From Blastocladiella emersonii ATCC 22665 (taxonomy: Eukaryota; Fungi; Blastocladiomycota): a stretch of 64,000 nucleotides of DNA. Of the stretch, positions 1-11,584 are shown in pieces. The position numbers and the translations under genes are program-made. The notes beneath the pieces were generated by a model that was not told the DNA's origin, did no database searches, and was given only the letters and a program-made list of their open reading frames with translations. The stretch lies in the NCBI GenBank assembly GCA_025594325.1, contig JANHCV010000009.1:372001-436000 (forward strand). Direction: 5' to 3'. The stretch's first letter is position 1, and each line of letters starts with the position of its first letter.

Positions 1-1125
1 AGTAAGCACGCGGCCCCAGTCCGAGTCGTTGAGCAGAGCATGTTTGTGAAGCAGGTTGAGGACGTCAGTGTTGATGGAGAGCGGGCGAGCGCTAGTCTTG
101 GAGCCAAAGATGCTCTTCTCGACACCCGCGTCCAAAGAATTGGTTGACGGAAATTCGAGCGCTGCCAGTTGATAGAGAACTGCCGGTCTTTGGACCAGGT
201 GCGTGACGAGTTGTACATTTTCGAAGAGCGGCGGAGCGGCCGTCCACGACTCGCGAAGGAGCCACTGGAACACAAGCGCAAAGTCCCGAGCCTGCTCAAG
301 AGTCATGTCTGGCTCTGTTTCGAGGAAATTCAAGAGGCTGGCGGAGACCGCTTCGTTTTGGAAATGGCGAGCGAGCCAACGAGACGCAGGACCAAACGCG
401 GGTACACTGTGCAGGGCAAGGAGAGTAGACAAGTCCCAAACGAAGACGGCGAGGATGCCCAGGAAGTCAAGCAAACGCACCGGATTGTCCGCATCGTCGG
501 CCCAAGACACAAGGTGTTCATAAATCGAATCGTAAAAGGCGTGAGGTGTCAAAGCAAACCAAGTGACGGCCGGCAGCCGGATGGAGAATAGCCCAGGAAC
601 TCGATGCTGCACATGTCGAAGCAGGCAGGCAAGCTTTGACGGTTCGAGACGCATGACTGCGAGAGTGATGAGCTGGCAGAGTGCCGCAACTGATTAGTCT
701 TTGCATTGAAGCTTACAGTCATTAAGAATCGAGTGTTTGAGTCCCGCAGTCGAAGACGCTGGACTAGTATCAAAGGAGCGCAAGGCCAGCGATGCAAGTG
801 GAAGAATGTGATCAAGAAGCACCGGAAAGAGCGATGTGACGACTGGATGACGAATGGCGTTGTGGGAACAACTATTGTGTAGTGCGGAAGCGTAGCAATA
901 TTCGATGAGCGCACCGCTGTTGGACGGCAGAACTGTCTCCTTGCTGTCATAGTCCTTCCGCCAGTCTGCGGGCGGTCCGTGGGCAAGCAAGTGTCGGATC
1001 CATACGCCTTTGACGGGGGCGCTGTGTGAAAGGAAGTGAAGCTCGCGCGTCGCTGCGCAGATCGGCGATTGGGGCTGCGCGAGTTGGAGCGCAAAAGTCA
1101 ACAGCTCGACGGGCAGCATGGCCAA
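1..1125 (-). pseudogene. F-box-like array family member (A domain), premature stop, runs off window start
   Basis: Starts MAMLPVELLTFALQLAQPQSPICAATREL like paralogs. In-frame TAA at 694-696; the same frame continues SVAALCQLITLAVMRL..LFSIRLP..FQWLLRESW, matching the copy at 55626-58741. Confidence 0.75.
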
Positions 1126-1369
1126 AGTAGGGCGCTCGTTCGGTTACAGCAAGTTTCTTTCATTAGCTTCGTTCATGATTGTTGCATTCGGGAGCGAGGA
1201 GCCTCGAAGCTGCGATCACGGCCAAGAGTTGATCGCTCGGGCGACACCACGCGAGTGGCGACACCACGCGAGTGGCGCATCGCGGCGGATTCTCTCATCT
1301 TGCACGGGTGCTCAAGCTGTGATCCATCAAACAAACGAGCTCTCTGCGGAACCGCACAACTCACAGCGA

Positions 1370-2314
1370 CTACTCCTCGACCGCGCGCTTCTGCGCCTCG
1401 CCGCCAGCGGCCACGTCGCGCAGCTGCTTGGCGCCGCGGCCGAGCTGAAGCTCGCCCTTGTCCGTCTCGGGCGGCTGCCACGCCTTCTTCTCGTCGGAAC
1501 CGACCTGCTGCCCGCCGCGGTGCATCGGGGCCGGGCCATGCGGGACCGCGCCGCGGCCAGCGCCAACCGTCGCGGTGCCGTGCGGGTCGGTCGCGTAGTG
1601 CGGGTGGCGCGCCTGCTTGCGGGCGGCGAGGATCTCGCGCAGGACGGCGTGAGCGCGACCCGCCGCGGCGGCGCACGCCTGGCAGTGCGCGTGCTCCGTG
1701 TGGCTGCCGCAGTGCGCGTGCACGCGCTCGGCCGACGACAGGACGAGCGCCAGGACGCCCGAGTAGTCGAGCGCGTCCGTGGCCAGGTGGTGCGCGCGGT
1801 CGCCGAGGTCCGACGGCGGCGCCATGGACTCGCCGGCCGGCGGCGGCGACGAGGTGACGGCGTGCTGGTGGATGCCAAGCGACTCGGAGCCCGCCGACAC
1901 GAGGAGCCACGCGGCCTGGTGCGCGAGGTCTATGCAGCACGGCGGACGAGTTAGCGTCGTGTGGGCAGCGATTGAGTGAGGGAGAGGGAGCGTACCGGCG
2001 TAGGTGCGGCAGCACTTGTAGCAGTCGACGCCCGCGCGCTCGGCTTTCTCGGCGCAGTACTTGGACAGCAGCGCCGACTCGTTGCTAAGCGGGAGAGCGC
2101 GCGGGTGCGTGCGTCAGCGCAGGCTCGCCGGGCGCAGGGTGAAGCGAGCGAGAGACGTACAGGATCATGGCCGCATCGAGATCCTACGCGCGGCGTGCGA
2201 CGGACGAGTGAGTGATGGCCGCCGTGGCGATGACGAGGGCGCGGCGGGGAGACGCACCGCGTCGAGGATCTTGGAGAACGGCTGCTGCTCCTGCTCGGTG
2301 GTTGGCATCGACAT
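1370..2314 (-). CDS. Csp/DUF326-like four-helix-bundle protein, cysteine-depleted, 4 exons
   Basis: Three GT-AG introns give one frame: MSMPTTEQ..ILDA|DLDAAMIL|NESALLSKYCAEKAERAGVDCYKCCRTYA|DLAHQAAWLL..HCGSHTEHAHCQACAAAAGRAHAVLRE. Motif resembles the Csp3 C-terminal helix (CGKHDHDHCQACA). Confidence 0.6.
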
Positions 2315-2813
2315 GGTGTGGTGTTCGTTGCGTTAGGGTGTCCGTGGCGACGAGGAAGGGGAGAGAGAGGGCGCAGCGGTGAGGGGCGGCCGTGAAGAAA
2401 GGAGGGCCGACCCCGGACGAACGCGCGCCGAACGCGAACGCGAAACGCGTCGCTCATCAACTCGAGACCACCTCGGCCGCACCTGCATTTTTCACTCATT
2501 CGTCGCGTCCGGACAGCATCACGCCGCCGTCGAGGCCGCGTAGCGTGTACGGCTCGTCGCGGTGAGTCTTGAGCTCGATGAGCATCGGCAACAGTGGGCA
2601 GTGGCACTGGCGCGGGGCGGAAGGCTCAAGAGGGCCAGCGCGTCCGACGAGAGCGAGGTCGGCGGCTAGAACCTCAGGTTTGCTCATACCGAGCGTCGAC
2701 AAGGGTGTAGCGTCGTCGGCGCGATGCACGCGACTCACGCGCGACAATGCTTCGCTCCAGCAGACACGTCAGGTCGATACACGGGAAGGTTTTGTATGAG
2801 CGAGAGAAACAGG

Positions 2814-3904
2814 TCACCGTCCGCTGTGCTCGTGCCCCGGCCCGCCGCCGTACGGGCCCACGTTCGGCGTGGTAGCGGCCACGTCGAGGTTGACGCGGTC
2901 GCGGATCATCTTCCACAGGAACTGCTGCTGGTGCGCGACGTGCGACAGCCCGAGGCTCACGTCCTGCAGCTGCGCGAGCACCTCGCCCGACGAGCCGATC
3001 AGGTCCTACACGGGTCAATCAAGTCAGTTTTCGGCCGGAGAGTGAGCTGTCGACCAGCATACGTAGGCGGCCTCGCGCGCCTTCCGCTCCGGGTCGCCGA
3101 TATCGATGGGCGTGGTGGTGTCGTTCTGCAGCACGCGGACGAAGCGCACGAGCGTGTTGTAGATGGGCTGCTCCGACTTGATGAGGCCGAGGACCGACGA
3201 CGTGACCGCGTCGAGGTGCTTGGGCTTGAACATGGCCTGCAGCTCGCGCCGCTTGAGGATGTGGTCGAGGTCGGCCGCGGGCTGCAGGATCGCCGCCACG
3301 TTGACGCCCTCTGCGTCGGGCGCGATGCCGGCACCGGCACCGGCGGGACCCTGCGCCCGCCGCGCCTTGTTCGCCTCGGCCGCGCCGTATATGCCCACCG
3401 TCACGTCGTCGGCCTCGGCGGGCGGCGCGTACGCAAACAGCCGTGTGCCCGTCTTGCTTTGGAATTTGGCCTCCTCGATCGACTATGGAGCGGATTTCGT
3501 GTGTCAATGCAATGCACCGAGTTTCGCCGTGCGTGCGAGAGCGGACGAACCGGAACAGCGTGCGCGAGCGGCGCGAGGACCGAGGGCAGCGTCACCTCGT
3601 CAGCGTTCCCGGCATCGGGCTGCTCCTCGAACAACAAACTCTCAAGCTTGCGCCCGCGATTACTCTTCGCGGTGCGTGCCCGCTTGCGCGTGTGCTCATC
3701 GGCGTCGTCGCTGGCAAAGTGACGGGCGAGGCTCGGCAGGCGGAGGCCCGTCAGCGGGTCGGCCGGCGCGAACAGCCACGACTTGCCGCCGTCCTGGTCG
3801 AGGTGATCGCCCGACGCGCCGTTGCCGTTGGCGAGGCCGTCGGCACCGTTCGCAGCGACGGCGGGCGGCGCTTCCGCCGCGGACTTGCGCGGGCGTTTGG
3901 ACAT
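2814..3904 (-). CDS. Rxt2-like protein (RXT2_N domain; Rpd3L deacetylase complex subunit-like), 3 exons
   Basis: Spliced ORF MSKRPRK..SNRGRKL..ADE|SIEEAKF..VAAILQPAADLDHILKRRELQAMFKPKHLDAV..LIKSEQ..VRVLQND..AY|DLIG..SGR*. The SNRGxKL and ILxP..DL..E..L..D pattern recalls RXT2_N. Confidence 0.55.
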
Positions 3905-4302
3905 GATGGAATGCGTCAAGTTTGTTCGGAATCCCTATCGTGAGGGTTGCTACATGGGTTCGGCGAGAGAGGGCAAGCTCTCGGCGGGTCGCCCGTGAAC
4001 GAGGGAGGCGAGAAAAGCGAGCGTCCCGCACGCCACGTGACCGTCCACGCCTTTTCGCGACGCGTCTCGCGCCACGTCCGCAGGCCACCGCACCGCAGCC
4101 TCGACGTCTCGCACCCCGTGTTCGCACTATGCATCGATGCTCCCCGGCTCACCAGCACACGGACTAGGTCACTCCAGTGCGTCGGTACTGATCCCTGTGG
4201 GGGTCATTCGATGGCCCGCCCCTTGACGCTGATATCGTTCCCATGCTCACTGCTCCTATGGAACGTTGCTGAAATTGATCGACACTGATCGCAAAAACGC
4301 AT

Positions 4303-6096
4303 ATGAATATGAATGATCCGGACCTGATTGAGAGCTGGCGCACGCGGCCCTGGGATCCGAAAGCCTTCGACCCGACAGTCCCGTACTTTGGGGTCAACGG
4401 CGTCTTGATCGCACAGGTACGCTAGCGAACACATCACTTTCGATCAATCACGTCGACGTCTATCTGACGCCTTGTCCGCAGGCCTTGTTTATCATCACCA
4501 CCAACCTCGCAGTCGTCATCGCCGCGATGAACTTTCGTCGCCGCATCCTGATCAACCATGGAAATACTTTGTTTGTCATCATCTGGTACGAAATACTCTT
4601 CGGCCGGCTGTGACGGAAGGTAGAAGCTTATCATCTCCTGTGTAGCGCAAACAACGCGCTCTACGCGGCGATTGCCATGGGGATCCGTGTTGCGTTCCAC
4701 GTTCAAGGGGAGTGGTCCGAAGTACGTTTTCATCATCGATGGCGCTAGTCGTGTGCATTAATTTACACCTCTCGCATCCCCCCAACCTCCTAGATGCTCT
4801 GCGGCCTCTGGATCGACGTGACAGCCATCTTCCAGGCTGTCGTCGTCATGCTGCTCGTCCTTGCCAGCCTCGAGCGCTACATGTTCCTGATCCGACTGCA
4901 GCCGCTCCGCGAGCGGTTCCTCTACGGTGGCGTCGCGCAGACGTACCTCGTCGGCGTGCTCAACTACCTGTTCCACAAGTACAACGACTCGCATCCAATC
5001 CTAAGCACGGGCAACTTTTACTGCTACCCGACGACCATCCTGACCTGGGTCGCTTGGTTCGACATGTCGATCCTCGTCGGGAACATTGGCGCCATGATGA
5101 GTACGCGCTCGAGCGCTCACTCGCCCGGCGTACGTGGCACTGACCGGCTCCGTTACTGGTCCACGTAGCCGTGTACGCGCTCGTCCTGCGCACCGTGCGC
5201 GAGTCGCACAAGCAGCTCAAGCAGCAGGACTCGTTCCGCAAGCTGGGCGCTAGTGGGGCACTCCCGCTTGGCGCAGCCAAGACCGCGAGCGTCCCGCAGA
5301 CGAGCATGGACTCGGTCCGCCCGCTCCAGAAGGCGCCGTCCACCGCACTCCTCCCGCCCGCGAACGGCATGCTGCGCACCGCGAGTGGGGCGGCTGGGAG
5401 TGGGATTCTCGCCGGCGGTCTCGCTGCCGGATTCTCGGAGACGAGTTCGGGGTCTGGACACGGAACGCCGGCGAACGCTGGGGCCGCCACCGTCGTGGCC
5501 AAGGACGCGCGGTCGCGGCGCAAGTCGCTCCGTCAGGCACAGCTCGAGTACCGGATCATCATGCGCGGAATCATGGCCCTCGCGGGTTTCGGGTGCGTAC
5601 TTTCGTGTCACGGTTCGAGGTTCACACGACTCAGACTGACATGACTGCAACACTTTTAGTATTTCAGTACCATAGTGAACGTTGCTTTCCGTTGACCGTA
5701 GAATCTAACGGCACTCTGTCCTCCTTCGCAGGCGATCGCGTTCATGGTCCTGTTCATCCGCGCCATGCTCACGGGCACTCGCTCATCCTGGCAGTTTGAT
5801 ATGGGTACGCAGGGCATCTCCATTATTGCACCTGTTCTCCTACTCACGCTTGCACCCTAGTGTTCAACCTCGTCAAGTTCACAACCGAGATGGTCGACCC
5901 GCTCATCATCGTGGCCGTCGACAAGCGGTTCCGCGCGGCCGTCTACGAGACGTTCGTCGCGCCGGTCCTCACTATGTTCCCCGGAACTCGCTCCGCGTCG
6001 CCGTCGCAGACCAACCTCAAGCGGGCCGCCGACTCGAGCCTTGGCAGTGCCAGCATCGGCGAAGACTCGAGCGGGTGCGGCTCGTCCTCGCGCTGA
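4303..6096 (+). CDS. Class A (rhodopsin-like) 7TM GPCR, copy 1, multi-exon
   Basis: Seven hydrophobic segments after splicing. TM3 C..SLERY with exactly 25 residues from C to R; ECL2 Cys (NFYCYP); long ICL3; TM7 VKFTTEMVDPLIIVAVDKRFR (NPxxY/helix-8-like). Confidence 0.8.
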
Positions 6097-6416
6097 CCTG
6101 TCAGTGCTACGAGAATGGATGCCGTTTCGATCGCTTCAGGTAAACCTCTCGAGATTGATGTCCCTAACACTCCCCGCATCGAGGTGAGCGGACGCGAAGT
6201 GAAAACGAGAACCCGGGTTTCGCGAGCGCAACTTGATCAGTCACGCGATTTCGCGACGCGTGTCGCACGTCTCGCACCACGTCCGTCCCGCTCCGCTGCT
6301 CCCCATCGTGTCTCGCACGCGTTCTCTTCCAGAAAAATCGCAGATCAGCGAATTTAATGAACCCCGTTCACATGCAACTCACTTGAACCTCAGCCAGACT
6401 TGCTGCAATTTATCAC

Positions 6417-8127
6417 ATGCCCACCGACGATCCCGACCTGATTGTGAGCTGGCGGACGCGACCGTGGGATGTCAAGGCGTTCGATCCAGCAATCCCGTAT
6501 GTTGGGATCAACATCGCACTCATCGCGCAGGCCGTCTTCATCGTTGCAGCCAACCTCGTGATTGTGATCGCCGCAATCAACTTTCGGCGTCGCATCCTCA
6601 CGAATCACGCGAATACCCTCTTTATGATCATCTGGTGCGGCCAGTGGGCAGCGTATCGAGCTGCACCGTGCTGATTGCACCGGCCTCTTATAGCGCGAAC
6701 AATGCCCTCTATGCGGTCTGCGCCGTCGCGCTTCGGACCGCGTTCTACATCCAGTCCGAGTGGTCGGAAGTGCGCGCTTCCGCCAACGAGGCCTTATAAC
6801 CGCTCGACTCACGGCGATCGCGTGCTGTATAGACCCTCTGCGGCCTGTGGATCGACGCAACAGCGACGTTCCAGGCCGTGATCGTCCTATTACTGGTCCT
6901 CGCGAGTCTCGAGCGGTACATGTTCCTCATCCGGCTCCAGCCGCTTCGGAAACGGTACCTGTACGCGGGCGTCGCGCAGACGTACATCGTCGGCGGGATC
7001 AACTGCATCTTCCACAAGTTCAACGACTCGCACCCGGTCCTGAGCAAGGGCAACCTGTTCTGCTACCCGAGCACGGTGTTGACGTGGGTCGCCGTCTTTG
7101 ACATGTCGTTTCTGGTCCTCAACATTGGCGCCATGATGGGTACGTTTCGCACTTGCCTCGTTTACATCCCGCTCTTCTGACTTCTCGCGCTACCCAGCCG
7201 TGTACGCGCTCGTGCTGCGTGCAGTGCGCGACTCGCACCGACAGCTTCAGCAGCAGGACTCGTTCCGCAAACTTGCGGCCACAAGCGGCGCGCTCCCGCT
7301 CGTCGTCGCCGCCAAGTCGGGCAGCGTGGCCCCGTCGAGCATGGAATCCGTTCGCCCGCTACAGAAAGCGCCGTCGACGTCGCTCTTGCCGCATGCGAAC
7401 GGTATGTTGCGTGCTGCGACGGGCGCCGCGGGAAGCGGAGTCCTTGCCGTCGGCTTCGCGGTCGGGTCCGAGTCGGGGTCGGGGCTCGGGTCGGGCCAGC
7501 TCGGTCAGAAGTCGACGTCGAATGTTGCGGCGTCCGCCGCGGCCAAGGATGCGCGGTCCCGGCGCAAGTCGATGCGGCAGGCGCAGCTCGAGTACCGCAT
7601 CATCATGCGCGGGATCATGGCTCTCGGCGCATTCAGGTATGGCGATGCGATCAGACTTGGGCGACTGCAATGACTAACGGTCCGTGCGATGATCTCTAGC
7701 ATCTCGGTGCGTGCTCACAGCGGACGTTCGACCGCATACACCACCAGGACTGACACTCAATAGTAGGCGGGCGCGTTCATCGTCCTGTTCATCCGAGCCA
7801 TGGCCACGGGTACCCGTTCCTCTGGTGTGTTTGACGCGGGTACATCCTCTTTGATCCGACAGCCCACTTGCCCCCACGCGCTCACACCTCGCGGTAGTCT
7901 TCAACTTTGTCAAGTTTACGACTGAGATGGCCGACCCGCTGATCATCATCGCCGTGGACCGCCGCTTCCGCACGGCAGTCTACGACACGTTCGTCGCGCC
8001 CGTGCGCGGACTGTTCGTCACCGACCGCCCAGCATCGCCATCGCGAGCGCAGCTCAAGCAGGCCACCGAGTCGGAGCTCGGGAGCGTGGGCGAGGACTCG
8101 AGCGGGCGTGGTTCCTCGTCGCACTGA
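6417..8127 (+). CDS. Class A (rhodopsin-like) 7TM GPCR, copy 2 (tandem paralog)
   Basis: Collinear with copy 1 (DPDLI.SWRTRPWD, ASLERYMFLIRLQPLR, RQAQLEYRIIMRGIMAL, VKFTTEMADPLIIIAVDRRFR). Intron positions shared except intron 1. Confidence 0.8.
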
Positions 8128-8378
8128 CATTCAATACAGACAGCTTGCAAACCCGCGTGCTTAAGCTGAAAGAGGCAACCGTGATCGCGGTGGCGATCCC
8201 ACGCGAAGCGACGCGTCTTGTCGCGTGAGCTGGCCACCCGATCGCCATGCGGCCCAACGAGGGCACCGTCGGTGGCGGCCCGTGCTTGGCGGGTGTCTCG
8301 CCGCCATCGCGCACTCCCTCCCCCTCCCCCTCATCCTGGATTCGAAAAACCATCTCCACACCCTGCACCGCCTGCAAA

Positions 8379-9578
8379 ATGACCAACTCGGGCCTCTGCA
8401 TCGGGCTCAACTACGGGAGCGACCTCGCGGGCTCGGACGTGGACGCGAGCAACATGGCGGGTCTCGCGGGCCACCTCGGCATCGACAACGTCGAGACGCT
8501 GACGGACACGAACGGGTCGGTCGTGACGCGCGACGACGTGCTCAACTCGCTGCGGTCCATGGTCGAGAACGCGGAGCCCGGCGATAACCTGCTCTTCTCC
8601 TTCTCGGGCATGGGCGGGCAGATGGCGGGCGGCGACGGCGAGGCCGACGGGCAGAACGAGTACCTCGCGGTCTCGGACGGCGTGGTCACGGACGACGAGA
8701 TCCGCGCGATCCTCGCCGACCTGCCCGCGGGCGTCAACTGCACCATGGTCATGGACGCGGGGCACACGGGGTCCATCGGCGACCTCGACCTCTCAGGCGC
8801 TGAGATTGCCGGCAACGTCGTGTGTCTCTCGGCGGCGGGCGATGCGGCGAACGCGCTGATGGGCGACGCGATGGGCAGCCCGTTCACCAACGCCGTCGTC
8901 AATGTCATGACCAGCGGCGAGCAAGCGGGCGTGTCGTGGGCCGACGCGGCCGCGCTCGTGGACGAGGAGCTCGGGAACAGCGAGCCCACGGTGGTCGCGT
9001 CCGCGAACCGCGCTGAGCGTGCGTTTCTATCGTGTCTCGGCATCGCCCGCGAGGACTGACGCCGGCGCTCATGCGTAGTTCTCTTCCAGCCCGCGTTCGG
9101 CGCCGCCGGCGAGGCGGCCAGTGGGCAAGACGCCGCCCGTGACCTCGTGCTCGACGCGGTTGCCGAGAAAGCTATGGTCGACGCCGACGAGGAGGCGGAG
9201 GCGGAGGCGGAGGCGGAGCACGACGCGGCCCCCACCATGCCGATGCCGGACCCAGCGCTAGCGCCCGCGCCCGAGCCGGCGTTCGATCCCGTGAACAGTG
9301 CCAGCCTCGAGGACAACGAGACGCGCATCCAGCTCGACCTGGACGGCGACGGGCGGGTCGACGTGCTCGGGTACCACGACCACACCACGGGCGACGCGGG
9401 TCTCCTGTTCCGGTACGGCCGGCTCGACCCCAAGTTCGTCGACGCGGACATGAACGGCGACGGGCTCGTCGACCAGTTCCACGTCGGCCAGGACGGGCGC
9501 GACCTCGTCCCGTTCGGCGTCAATGTCGCCGAGTACGTCGATGCGCAGGCGGCGAGTTTGGGAGTGTACCACATGTAG
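8379..9578 (+). CDS. Metacaspase-like (peptidase C14) protein, catalytic His and Cys substituted, acidic C-terminus with DxDGDG motifs
   Basis: LCIGLNY..LTD..PGDNLLFSFSGMGGQ..DGQNE..DDEI..LPAGV..MDAGHTG follows the metacaspase order. An intron at ~9019-9078 joins it in frame to ORF 9147-9578 (DLDGDGRVD, DMNGDGLVD). Confidence 0.75.
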
Positions 9579-9943
9579 CCTCGCGTGCTGTCGGCCTTTC
9601 AATGTATCCATGTTCATGATGTCTCTCCCGTGGGATACGCGCGCAAGGCAGGGCGTGAGGGGAGACGAGTCGAGAGCCGCCCGCCCCGTCGCCACGAGCA
9701 CCGACCCCTCCCACTGCTCTCCCCGGACCCGCTGCGCCAGGTTGCGCTCTGCTTCATGGTAGTCGAGGGCGACGGCGTCGCTCGGGAGAGTGCGGAGACC
9801 GTTCGCGGACGACTGTCTCGCGAGTGGCTTCGCCGAAGCTTCGCGGCCGCCGTCAACAAGTTCTCCCGACCGACCGACCAAGGGGGAACGAATTCCACGG
9901 GGCCCTCCGACTCGCACCACTCGTTGCAACGTAACACTACACC

Positions 9944-11166
9944 ATGACATCGACGGCGGCGAGCAATGGCAGCGGCGCTGCGGGCAAGGTGCCCGACACG
10001 GTGGCAGCGGCGGTGCTGGTCGGGTCCGAGTCGCTCGAGGGCACGCACGCCGTGGTGTCGGGGCCCGACTTCAACCAGGAGGAGATGACGCTCGAGTCGC
10101 TGCTCGAGTCGTACCGCAACATTGGGTTCCAGGGGTCGTCCATGGCGCGCGGCATGGAGCTCATCAACAAGATGGTGTGTTTGTCTTAGGCGTGGTAGGT
10201 GAGGCGTGGCTGACGAACCGTAAGTAGCGCAACTGGCGGCTGTCGGACGAGCCCGTGGCCGAGAACGAGGACGACGACCTGCAGACGCCCGAGCAGCGGT
10301 CGCAGGTCAAGTGCAAGATCTTCCTCGGGTACACGTCGAACCTGGTGTCGTCGGGCCTGCGCGAGGTGATCCGGTACCTGGCGCAGCACAAGCTGGTCGA
10401 CGTGATTGTGACGACGGCGGGCGGCGTCGAGGAGGACTTCATCAAGTGCCTGGCCAACACGTACATGGGCGACTTCCACCTCAAGGGCCGCGACCTGCGC
10501 GCGCGCGGGCTCAACCGCATCGGCAACCTGCTGGTGCCCAACGACAACTACTGCAAGTTCGAGGACTGGGTTATGCCGATCCTCGACGAGTGCCTCGAGC
10601 AGCAGCGCGCGACCGGCAAGCCGTGGACGCCGTCGCGCCTGATCGACCGGCTCGGCGAGAAGATCGACGACCCGCGCAGCATCTACTACTGGTGCCACAA
10701 GAACGGGATCCCCGTGTACTGCCCCGCGCTGACCGACGGGTCGCTCGGCGACATGATCTACTTCCACTCGTTCAAGAACGACCGCGACAACGGGCTCGTG
10801 CTCGACCTCGTCGCCGACATCCGGTCCATCAACGACCAGGCCGTCTTCGCCCGCAAGACGGGCGCCATCATCCTCGGCGGCGGCGTCGTCAAGCACCACA
10901 TCTGCAACGCCAACCTCATGCGCAACGGCGCCGACTACGCCGTCTTCGTCAACACGGGCCAGGAGTTTGACGGCTCCGACGCCGGCGCGCGGCCCGACGA
11001 GGCCGTGTCGTGGGGCAAGATCCGCCTCGACGGCGAGTCCGTCAAGATCTACGCCGACGCTACCATCGTGTTCCCGCTGCTCGTCGCCAACACGTTCGCC
11101 CGCAAGGACAAGCCCGCCGCCGCCGCGACCAAGGCCGAGGCCGAGGAGAAGAAGCAGGCGGCGTAG
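9944..11166 (+). CDS. DYS1: Deoxyhypusine synthase
   Basis: [71 protein letters not shown]. One intron near 10177-10227. Confidence 0.97.
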
Positions 11167-11584
11167 AGCGAGTGCGACGCGACGCGCTGCGTCCCACCAC
11201 CACCTCCTCCCGCGACCCCCACATTCTCCCCCGTATCTGCCTGTACCTGTACCACCATCGTAGCCTAGCTCAAGTATCACTAGCCCCTCCCATTTTTGAT
11301 CTATTCCGATGCCGCCGCATGAGGATTGCGTGATCGCGGGTGCGGTTAAACTGGCTCGAGGTCAGGTGAGTCGAGACGCACGCCATCCCGTCTGGCCGAT
11401 CCGCTCTTGTCGTCCCGCCGTGAACGCCTCCCTCTCTCGACGACGCCGACGACGCCGACGCCGCACTCTACGAAGCTAAAGCAACTCGCCGCACCGAGTC
11501 CACGCTCTCCCACGTCGACGAGGCGACCCGCCACATCTCTTGCACTACTTGCTACGCATCAACAACCGACCGACCGTCTCCGAC

